A stretch of DNA of 32,000 nucleotides, from the NCBI RefSeq assembly GCF_000400465.1, contig NW_008806274.1:270244-302243 (forward strand). Direction: 5' to 3'. The notes under the pieces were generated by a model. That model saw only the letters and a program-made list of their open reading frames with translations, searched no databases and was not told where the DNA came from. Positions 12,091 through 21,766 of the stretch are shown here, one piece after another. Numbering within the stretch: position 1 is the stretch's first letter; each line of letters opens with the position of its first letter. The translations under genes and the position numbers were made by a program. This DNA is from Wallemia ichthyophaga EXF-994 (Eukaryota; Fungi; Basidiomycota).

Positions 12091-13326
12091 TTACGCAGCT
12101 TCAAAAAACATATTTGGCAAATTGCTTCGTGGAGTCTTCGGCGTCTTTAACGGATCTTGTTTGTGACTTGGTATTGGTGCAGTGCTTATCGTTTCAAGCT
12201 CTTCTTCGGGGTCTGATGGGATATTGCAGACGGCATTGGCAGTTGACGGTCCAGCTTCACAATTTGTAATGCAATTGGTGTGCTGATTGGCGTGCTCAGC
12301 ATCTTGGTTACTGGTGTGCTTATTATCGCTATCCCCCTCTGCTTCTCTTTCTGCCGATGCGAAGCTTCGCCAGTCTCCTCAACATTTAAGCTAGGGACGG
12401 ACTAAACTACTGACGATAACGACTACCCTTTTTGCCCTCTTGAAAATACCCTTACGATGTTTGTTTTCTTTGACATACGACTTGTCACTATCCTTCTCGT
12501 TCGCACCACTCTCACATTCCCTTAACATTTCTAAAATATCCTCGATACACTTCGTCGCAATCATCTCACCCTCTACAAATGTCTGAAGATGAGCTATGCG
12601 AGCGCTGAAATTGATATCGAGCATTTTCACGCTTTTGCTCAGTGGCAAGAGATTATCAGCAACGAAGCCTCTAGAAGCCTTGTTGTTTACCATTGATGCT
12701 GTACATTGCTTCAGATGCTCCCGCTAGTCCTCAAGTTTAGCAATAGCCGGGGAAGCTGTGTCTCTTAAACTAGTCAAAGCGCCCTGCTCGCCAGTGTCAA
12801 GACTCTCAGCTTTCTCAGCACTTCCGCCACTTAATAGCTCACCTTACCACTTCCTTTGCTCCCTCTCTGTCTTCTCAATCTATAGCGCTTCCACGCGTAT
12901 TTTGAGATGGTTGAGCATTTGGTGCAGAGCTGCTGTGTCTAAGCCTTGGGTATGTAGATAATCAGGCGAGGATGTTTGCGCTCTTTTGCGCCCTGCCAAC
13001 TTGTGGTCATGCCCTTCAAAGCCGTCCAGCGAGATTATGGTTTGCGCAATTGTATCTGGAGGAGTGGCAGAATGCGTCGAGGGCGTCAAGTGTAAAGGAT
13101 TCTGAGCCAGGAATTCTAGATGAACATTTTCGTCTATAGTATCTCCCGTAGGCATCAGCAAGCGATCGAATATGCCGAGTGGAGGTGTAGAGGAGAATAT
13201 AAAGTGTGATGTGCAGGGCTGCGTCATTGGGAAGATATTGAGCGATGGTGAATCCTTTGCGTCGTCACTGCTGTGTGCTGACATGCGTATATCGGATGCA
13301 ATGGTGGCAGTTGAGGCTAAGGACAT
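12091..13326 (-). pseudogene. Hypothetical coiled-coil/acidic gene: one 412-codon frame interrupted by five stop codons
   Basis: ORFs 12880..13326 and 12391..12693 and an unlisted open tail (12378->12091, ending LPNMFFEAA*) share one frame. Internal stops lie at 12880-82, 12844-46, 12724-26, 12391-93 and 12379-81. Confidence 0.55.
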
Positions 13327-13943
13327 CGTAGAGATGTCGCGCTAGATTGCGCTACAGCCACCTGCTGGCGTTAGATTTGAGAGATTAAAGAAATTGACTT
13401 GTTGATTATCGAAGGATGTTGCTATTTAGCCCAAGTCTTACACGCCGACAAATTCAATATTCTTTGACGTGCAGCGCTAGTGCCATTCTCCTGACAACCA
13501 GCTGTGCTGGTCAATGAGCTCATTTAGATTGTACCGACGAATAGCGCAACCTGCGACCACCACTGACAACCTGTGACAAGTGACGTCTGGTACGGAGCTC
13601 AGTCTAATCACGCTGCGCAGCTGTATAATCTCGATAGACAGCTCGTCATTGACGCAGGTACTCAGATTAAATCTCTTAGCGATGCACAGCGTGAGTAGAC
13701 TGCACGGCTAGGCGTGGGCTGGAGGAGAGTGATTCAGGATAGCTGGTACAGCTGGGCTAGATGGGTGATGCAGTGCACTCAGCGCTGTCAAAAGTTTTAA
13801 ATGGCGCATTTAGCAATTCTATCGCAATCACATCACCCGGAAGACTTGAAAGCCTTGAAAGCCTTGAGAGTAATAGGATTTGTCCAAGTAAGCCTCTTTC
13901 GTTGGCATCTGTGAATCGGTGCACGACTCTAGCCATAAGCTCA

Positions 13944-14092
13944 TGACGTCAAATTTTCCGAGCCCCAAAAACGGAAGGAGAGGCATTGAAGTAAGAGCAG
14001 GCTATTCAAATACACAAGCACTTTCATCCCTCAGGACATTACGTAATCACGAAAACTGTTAACGATTGTGTGCTGACAAAGTAGATGACGTG
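13944..14092. promoter_or_regulatory. Cluster of bZIP-type ACGT palindromes upstream of the sulfate permease
   Basis: TGACGTCA at 13944-13951, ATTACGTAAT at 14038-14047 and ATGACGTG at 14085-14092, all within 240 nt of the ATG at 14182. Confidence 0.4.
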
Positions 14093-14181
14093 CTGAGTCT
14101 TAGGTGAAATGAATTCGGGAGTTTGACTTGATCCGTGTCCGCTAACATCAAAAATAAAGTCAAACTATCAAATCATTCGGG

Positions 14182-16664
14182 ATGAATGCTAAAATCGACA
14201 AATTCCTTCAGAAGCTCGGCATTGAGCGGCCTGAGGGTGAGCACGATCGTGTGACTCGCGGGGAGTCCATAGCCAGCAATGTGCGTGCTGCTGACTTTCT
14301 GTATTTCTCCAGCTCACTCCCCCTCCCAGTTCGCTGACCCCTTCGTCGAGCCCGATCCAACCGTCGGCGAGTGGTTCCAGGAAAAATTACCAAATCGCCA
14401 CGAATTCGGCCAGTACTGCTTGGATCTCCTACCTTTCCTCCGCTGGGTGCACAGATACAACCTCCAGTGGCTTATCGGCGATCTTATTGCTGGTATCACC
14501 GTCGGCGCTGTCGTCGTTCCACAGGGTATGGCCTACGCTGAACTCGCAGGCCTTGAACCCCAATTCGGTCTTTATTCGTCTTTCGTTGGTGTCATCGTCT
14601 ACTGGTTCTTTGCCACATCTAAAGATATCACTATCGGTCCAGTCGCTGTCATGTCTACCCTTGTTGGAGAGATCCTCCAAGAACTCAGCCCCAAGTTCCC
14701 TGATATTCCTGACTACAAGATCGCCGGGAGCTTAGCAGTCATCACCGGAGCTATAGTCTTTTTCATGGGTCTAATTAGAGTCGGATGGATAGTCGACTTT
14801 ATTCCCCTCCCTGCGATCGCTGCATTCATGACTGGATCGTCCATTACCATCATTGCTGGCCAGGTTCCTTCTCTGCTCGGTAACAAGGATGCAGGCTTTG
14901 ACACGAATGGGGCGACGTACATGACGATAATCAAGACACTCAAGCATCTCCCAGAAAGTAATATCAACGCTGCTATGGGTGTCACCTCACTCTTTCTCCT
15001 TTACCTTCTCAGAGAGACATGCACTTACTGCGCTAAGAGATGGCCTAACAAGAAGAAAATATGGTTTTTCGCCAACACACTGCGCACCGTCTTTGTCATC
15101 CTCCTCTACACACTCATCAGCTGGCTTGTGAACAGACACCGCCGCGGTGTCGATGGACAGTCTGAACCACTCTTCGACCTCATTGGAACCGTACCCAGGG
15201 GTTTCAAAAACATGAATGTCCCCACTATGAACGCAGATGTGATCAGGAATTATGTTGGCCACCTTCCTGGAGCTGTTATTGTCCTGCTTATCGAGCACAT
15301 TGCCATATCAAAGTCATTTGGTAGGGTTAACAACTACACCATCAACCCATCGCAAGAGCTAATTGCGATTGGTGTGACAAACTTGATCGGGCCGTTTTTT
15401 GGTGCATATCCAGCAACAGGATCCTTTTCGCGCACAGCTATCAAGTCTAAGGCGGGTGTGAGAACACCATTCGCTGGTGTCATCACTGGTGTTCTCATCC
15501 TGCTCGCAATCTACGCATTGACTGCAGTCTTCTTCTACATCAGTAAAGCGGTTTTGGCAGCGGTCATTATCCATGCCGTCGGTGATCTTATCTTGCCTAT
15601 TGGCCAGCTTTATGCTTTCTGGAAAGTGTCACCACTTGACGCACTGATCTTTGTCGGTGGTGTGATAATCATTATCTTTACATCCATCGAAATAGGTATC
15701 TAGTAGGTGCCAAATCGGTTACCTTTTCACCCCGCTAACCTCGGACAGTGTAACTGTCTGTGTGAGTGCAGCAGTGCTCCTCTTTAGGATTGCAAAAGCC
15801 CATGGAGAATTTTTGGGCCGCATCAAAGTGCAGACGATAAATGGTAAGGACCAGCGCAATATCTGGCTACCAGAAAACCATCAGGACGGGTCTAACCCGC
15901 TACTGAGCGTGCAATCACCATATCCCGGAGTATTTGTTTACCGATTTACCGAATCTTTCATTTACGCAAACGCCAATCACTACACGGATGAGGTAGTTGA
16001 CTACATCAAGCGTGCGACGCGCAAGACACATGTGGATGTATTTGCCAAAGCGGGTGACCGACCATGGAATGACCCAGGACCACGCAAGTTCAACCCTGAC
16101 ACAATTGCAGAAGATACACGACCCACGCTCAAGGCAATAATATTCGATATGTCGTCTGTGACACACGTGGATGTGACGTCGACACAGGTGCTTGTCGATG
16201 TAAAAAACCAACTAGATAGATGGGCAAGTCCTGACACCGTTCAATGGCATTTTGCAGGTATTAGAGATAGATGGATAAAGCGAGCACTCGCTGCAATCAA
16301 GATGCACGAGACGACGAGTGTAAAAGCTAAGCCTTTGTTCAGCGTTGCGGAAGTTGGACAGTTTTCGTCGGAAAATGATGCCACGGTAAATAATGAAGGT
16401 CAGGGTCCGATTCCGACTCAAAAGGAGGATATAGAGACGGGAATTAATGTGGAGAGGCAGCAGCAACAAGATGAGCAGGAACAGCAGGAGGCAGAGAACG
16501 CTGGACGGAATAGCTATAGCTATCATAGATACCTGCCCGTGTTGGGTGTCGATAGAGCTTTCCACCCAGATGTAGACTCGGCCGTGAGAGCTGTGATTGA
16601 TACGCTCGAGCAGGATCGCATCGAGCAGGAGGAACATAAGAGCAGCTCTGACTTGGCATCGTGA
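14182..16664 (+). CDS. SUL1: SulP/SLC26 sulfate permease with C-terminal STAS domain, about 795 aa
   Basis: Contains the fungal N-terminal RVTRGES motif, the SulP signature DLIAGITVGAVVVPQGMAYAELA, GSFSRTAIKS, and the STAS motif AIIFDMSSVTHVDVTS. Introns 14281-14329 and 15703-15748 give 2388 nt in frame. Confidence 0.95.
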
Positions 16665-17055
16665 GAGAAGAAGCATCTTGGATTATGAAGCCTTTTGCAT
16701 CTCGCAGCTGTATAATTACGTCGAATTTTTCAAGTATCATTGTTTGTATTATTATACCATATATTTGGCATTTCACATGTATAAGGGTGTATTAGGGTGT
16801 CTACCAAGTTATACGCGATCGCCTGCTTTACGAAGGGGCAAGTATGATATCATATTCCTATTCACAATACCGACGGACAAATTAAGATTAAGGTTTGGAC
16901 GTTGATGTTAGATTTAACGTTCGACGTGGTATTAGAGGTGATGAGCTATACTCGGTGATGCTGATTATGTCATTAGATCTGCATCTGGTAATGAATTACA
17001 GCGGATTTACTAGAATTGCAGCGCACAGCGGTGGCAGGTACAGGTGACACTATAG

Positions 17056-17095
17056 AGATGAGCATAGATGAGCATAGATGAGCATAGATGAGCAC
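17056..17095. repeat. Tandem repeat (AGATGAGCAT)x4, last copy imperfect
   Basis: Read directly from the sequence. Confidence 0.95.
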
Positions 17096-18211
17096 AGTGG
17101 AGCAAAGTTGAGCAGTGTTAAGCAAGGGATGCCTTCTAAAGTCATGTCAAGTGCTGCAGTTCATGCGTGTCGACTCCATCAAATTCATACAGCGAGCACA
17201 TATTGCTTCGCATTTCTAGCGTCGCGGTTGTTATTCGGAGTAAAGACGTTTAATCTGAAAGACGGACTATGCGATCGATCGATGGGATGAACAACACATC
17301 TCATATGTGTGAGCGCGGTCTTTGCGTTGTGAGATGCATAAATGCACGTAATCAACGCAAGCCTTCCACCGAGGCGGTGAGGCTGTCCTAAGCACTTAGA
17401 CATAGAGCAGTGTCTTCATTATCGACTCGGCACTTAAATCATTATACCAACAATCTCACATGCATCGTGAGTTGGTCGTGAGTCGAGACTTGTAATGGCG
17501 GGAGTTGTGAGAGACAAGTCGTACCTTAGTCCCGGGCGTCTAAATGTTTAAACGATGAGGACTGCTCACAAGACACCACTGAAAGCTATGACCTGTGGGC
17601 TGCATAAGGAATGGATCAATACTAAGCCAAAGTACCTGTTACTCTACTCTTTTCGAATGGAGCGAATTTATTTGCTTTGAAATTTTTTTCAGGTTACCCG
17701 ATGACAGTTTCACGAGGACCGCATATTTGTGTCGCAAAAGAGGACTTCTAGGCTCGGCCGACGAGTTGTGAATCACCTCTACTTGTGCACAAACTGAATT
17801 TATCCATCAACACATTCGGCTCGTCTGATTCAAGGCTTTAGCGGTGTCTTGGGAACTGTTTTAAACGGCCACTTTAAACTATGTTTCATATACCGATGGC
17901 TACTTTAAATTCACATCACACTGTACTCACAATACGCCGCGGTCGTCCGCATCCTGGCACCAGGATTAATTATATGTGACTTAAAAAAAAGGTGACTTTT
18001 CCTGTAACTGAGCCCGAGCAGTGCATAAACATTACGTGACGGTAAATTAAGTGAGTAATTGAGTATTACATGAGTATTACGTAAGGAGTATATGGGAGAA
18101 TTTCGTTAAAACAAATGCATAAAACGAGGTTAAGACTGTCTATACTTGAATACACGAATAAGTACAAAGTTCCTTCGGCAATCTTGTTTCTAGTTTCTAG
18201 TTTCTATTGCG

Positions 18212-19228
18212 TCATAAGTCACAGAGAGCGTTGATAGATGTGCGTATGCGCTGAGGATGAGCGGGTCTAGTAGGTGCATTAGAAAGAGTACTCGATTGAG
18301 AATGAGAGCGAGACAGGTAGAGGTCAGACTGAGAAGTATTAGAAGTGGACAAGACGGAGCTTTTGCTATTGCTGATACCACTTCCACTACCAGTAATATT
18401 GCTACCACTCCCACTCCCCTCTTTCCCCATCATAGGCGGCAGTGGAGACGGCAAAGTTGGTACAGCGTTCACCTGATGAGACACATACAGCTCTGCCAAC
18501 ACACTCCTACCCTTTTCCAGCCACCTAATTGAGAGAGTACTAGCGAAATACTGGCCATGTATATCAACCACGTTGATTTTCTCCACAGGCAGCGCGTCAT
18601 CGAGTGCAAGCTTGGCCTGCAGGTTCGCCAGCCGCGGAGTGTGGAAGACGGAGGTAATGTCCTGCAAGCTGGGCAATCGTGTGGATGGGCAGGCGAAGAA
18701 AGCGTTGTAAGCGTTTTGTGTTATGTCCATTGTCGTGGAGAGGTCTGGTGTGACGACCATGCGAATGGTGTTGTGTTGGTTGTGCGGAGGCTGTACTGAT
18801 TGTACTAGAAGTGGAGACTCTGTAACGTTGTTAATATTATGCGGTGCTGCCGGTGGTCCTGGTGGTCCTGATGATGATGATGCTTTTGCTCTTGCTCTTG
18901 ATCTTGATCTTGCTTCTGCTTCTGCTTCCGCTTCGGCATTTGCTTTTGCCTCCGCACCTGCAGTTGCACCCATTTCAACACCCGCTTCCCCTTCTGGGAA
19001 TGGCCTGTGGGAGAAAAGCGGAGTGGATTGCATCTTGTCATGCTTGCCTGGCCGGCCTCTTCTTCTATGCTGTAAGGGTGTGAGATAGCTTATACTCAGA
19101 ACGCATCGACTCACTTCAACGGTTATGCAGCTCTCTTCTATATCTTTCCGGGAGCAGTTGTGGCATGGCCGGTAATTATCGCAGCTGCTGTGGGAGATCT
19201 GACAAGGTCTACAGGCGTAAATTGCCAT
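18212..19228 (-). CDS. Zn(II)2Cys6 transcription factor, Rds2/Ert1/Gsm1/AcuK-AcuM-like cluster, about 323 aa
   Basis: CRPCQISHSSCDNYRPCHNCSRKDIEESC fits C-x2-C-x6-C-x5-C-x2-C-x8-C. There is an in-frame 45-nt intron at 19070-19114, then RRRGRP and Ala/Glu and Arg/Ser repeats. Confidence 0.85.
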   Translation of the reverse strand: MAIYACRPCQISHSSCDNYRPCHNCSRKDIEESCITVEVSRCVLSISYLTPLQHRRRGRPGKHDKMQSTPLFSHRPFPEGEAGVEMGATAGAEAKANAEAEAEAEARSRSRARAKASSSSGPPGPPAAPHNINNVTESPLLVQSVQPPHNQHNTIRMVVTPDLSTTMDITQNAYNAFFACPSTRLPSLQDITSVFHTPRLANLQAKLALDDALPVEKINVVDIHGQYFASTLSIRWLEKGRSVLAELYVSHQVNAVPTLPSPLPPMMGKEGSGSGSNITGSGSGISNSKSSVLSTSNTSQSDLYLSRSHSQSSTLSNAPTRPAHPQRIRTSINALCDL

Positions 19229-19628
19229 TAATCGATTTTAAAATGTAGGGCGGTATTTTTGATTGTCTTGGGGAAACCCAGAAAAGTGCGATGTCAATAA
19301 CACCGTGCCGAAGAAACTAGGGCGCAGATTTCGGCAACGATTGGGGTTAGGGCAAGTAAGCGTAGGACTGCAAGTGCAGGCGGATTTATTGGGCTGTAAC
19401 TTATATTGTACTGGTTATAACACCCAATATTTCCACTTGTACCTTGTCAGCTTTGATCGCTTCGACGTGCTTACCTCAAATACCACTAGAGCTGTGAATA
19501 TGGCTGGTGGAAATAATTCCCGACATACACTCATAAAAATCCCCTCACCTACTCCTCACACCATCCAGTTTAATTAAAACGAGCCCCTCGTTTCACTCGC
19601 ATAAGTTCCACCAAAACGGCGACCAAGC

Positions 19629-20249
19629 ATGTCTTTCACCGAGAAAGTAAAGGATTTTGAGCAGTTCCATAAGAGCAAGACGGTAAGAGTGGTGCAGGGG
19701 AGTGTCGGTGGTAGGCGTGAGTATATGAGTCATGTGCGAGTCGTTTGGTGTAACTAACGGCGTTATCTGCTCATCTTCTCAGCCACAAGAATGCTTCTCG
19801 ATAAGGACTATAGCGGTGTATATATGAGCAGGGAACATGCATTGAAGCAGAGTTATATCAGCAAATCGACAAGTGGGTAATGAGTTGGGTGAATTCGTCG
19901 CTAACAAATTTTTAATAATTAGTACCCGGATCTTACGGATATCTGGGGGTGCGTATGTGTATATGTATCAGATTAGCCACTAAAACCGACTTAACAGCTC
20001 ATAAACATTGGTGAGATCACAATCGAGGTGGCTGGGAAGAAGGTGTTATTACCAGTGTTTTTAAGTGAGTTGACAAAGACGCAAGAGACATTAGATGGTA
20101 GTAAGTGGGATGTTATACTAGGCAGATCATTCTTCGAGAAGCGCAAAGCCAAGTTGGATAGCTTCGACAAGAGGATTGTTACTTTCGGAGACGACAACGA
20201 TAAAATGATTGAATGTGGATTGGTACAATTGAAAGAAAGTCCAATTTGA
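19629..20249 (+). CDS. Small uncharacterised protein with a retropepsin-like signature, 151 aa
   Basis: Exons 19629-19716, 19783-19872, 19923-19948, 19998-20249 (456 nt) give MSFTEKVKDFEQFHKSKTVRVVQGSVGGRPTRMLLDKDYSGVYMSREHALKQSYISKSTIPGSYGYLGLINIGEITIEVAGKKVLLPVFLSEL...WDVILGRSFFEKRKAKLD.... Confidence 0.75.
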
Positions 20250-20265
20250 TTCTACTCTGGCTGCT

Positions 20266-20798
20266 TTAATTACTCTGTTGCAGTTCAACCTTACCAAATC
20301 TTCTACTTGTACCGAGTGCTTCTACATCTCTTGGAAGCTGTTCAGTCTCATTTAAAACGACGCCAATCATCTTTCTAACTTTGTACTGATTACGGTGGTC
20401 AAATTGTCCATTTCCCGGTGGTGTGTGTCCGTCCAACACCTTTCGAGGCTGCTTGTAGTACCTTACCCAGCCAGGTTCAAGGGCGAAGAGTGTGTGATCG
20501 CGGCCGATGCCTACATGCTGTCCAGGATGCCAAACAGTACCTCTCTGTCTGATGAGAATGTTTCCAGGGATGACGAATTCGCCTGTGTATTGGGTAAGTG
20601 GGTGTTTAGAACGCGTTAATAGGCCGCCTTACCACCGTATTTCTTCGGGCCAAGGCGTTTACCTGCGGTCTTCTTGTTATTTTTGGAAGAACCACCACCA
20701 CGCTTTGTAGACGTTCTAATTTGAATTAAGCCTGTTATGGAGTTGAATACACTTGGTATGCTATCAGATTTAAGGGGAGATTTAAGTAAATTGAGCAT
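20266..20798 (-). CDS. MRP7: Mitochondrial ribosomal protein bL27m with targeting presequence
   Basis: [12 protein letters not shown]...KRLGPKKYG|[42 protein letters not shown] is the L27 signature. One intron at 20583-20632; stop TAA at 20266-20268. Confidence 0.93.
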
Positions 20799-20826
20799 GA
20801 TAGGAGGTGTGGTGGGAGAGAACTAA

Positions 20827-20883
20827 GAGGCTAGAGAAAGAGGCTAGAAAGGGGCTTGAAAGGGGCTTGAAAGGAGCTTGAAA
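20827..20883. repeat. Five degenerate 11-bp tandem units (GRGGCTWGAAA-like) in the MRP7-SKP1 divergent promoter
   Basis: GAGGCTAGAGAAA GAGGCTAGAAA GGGGCTTGAAA GGGGCTTGAAA GGAGCTTGAAA, read directly. Confidence 0.85.
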
Positions 20884-21129
20884 TGGGATCGTGATATAGC
20901 TTTGTAATACCATGTATAAATGATTTACGTATTATACTTTATATCCCAAGCTTACAAGTCGTTTATGTCAAAATGCGTATCTTTAATAGCCGTGGGAGCG
21001 TGCATATCACGCGTATAAATGTGGTGTGTATGATAACTTAATTGTAGTTGGTTAGAAGATATTTACTCAGTACTTGCATACAGTCGACTGATTGTCCCCA
21101 GCGTCTCTTGAACCAGAACTGCTAACAAC

Positions 21130-21672
21130 ATGGCACAACCACCAACGAAAGTAATTCTGCTCACTTCAGACAACGAGGAATTCCAAGTCGACAAGGACAT
21201 CGCTGAGAGGTCTGTACTGATCAAGAATATGCTTGAGGGTGAGTATCGCTTTGTTTGTGTGGATATATCATAACACTGGGTAGACATTGGTGAAAGCGAA
21301 CACCCAATCCCGCTCCCAAACGTAACCTCAAACGTCTTCAAGAAGGTCCTTGAGTACTGTGACCACCACAGAAACGATCCACTCCCTTCCACAGACGACA
21401 ACTCGGACGAACAGCGCAAACGTACAACCGATATTAACGAATGGGATCAGAAATTCATCCAGGTCGATCAGGAGATGCTCTTTGAAATCATCCTCGCTGC
21501 CAACTACTTAGACATTAAGCCATTGCTCGACGTTGGCTGCAAAACAGTCGCTAACATGATCAAGGGCAAAACCCCTGAAGAGATCCGCAAGTTATTCAAC
21601 ATACAAAATGACTTTACTCCAGAAGAAGAGGCGCAGATTCGCAAGGAAAATGAATGGGCTGAAGATCGTTGA
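21130..21672 (+). CDS. SKP1: SCF ubiquitin ligase subunit Skp1
   Basis: [11 protein letters not shown]...SVLIKNMLE|DIG...[21 protein letters not shown]...EWDQKF...[42 protein letters not shown]. Intron at 21239-21283. Confidence 0.98.
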
Positions 21673-21766
21673 ACGCTATAAGTTTATTTCAAACTGCTGT
21701 ACATTTACAATTTCTTTATGTCTTGAGCGCAGTCTGTTGTGTGTTGTGTTGTGTACACGCATTATA

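Noticed and set aside
12391-13326. Alternative genetic code as an explanation of the in-frame stops
   Set aside because: TAA, TAG and TGA all serve as real terminators of conserved genes in this window (RPL37/MRP7, PYC/PRM10-like and SKP1/SUL1 respectively).
17056-17095. Short tandem repeats (also 20827-20883) as CRISPR-like or mobile-element signals
   Set aside because: They have no spacers, terminal repeats or transposase/RT sequence, and the context is eukaryotic. They are simple minisatellites.
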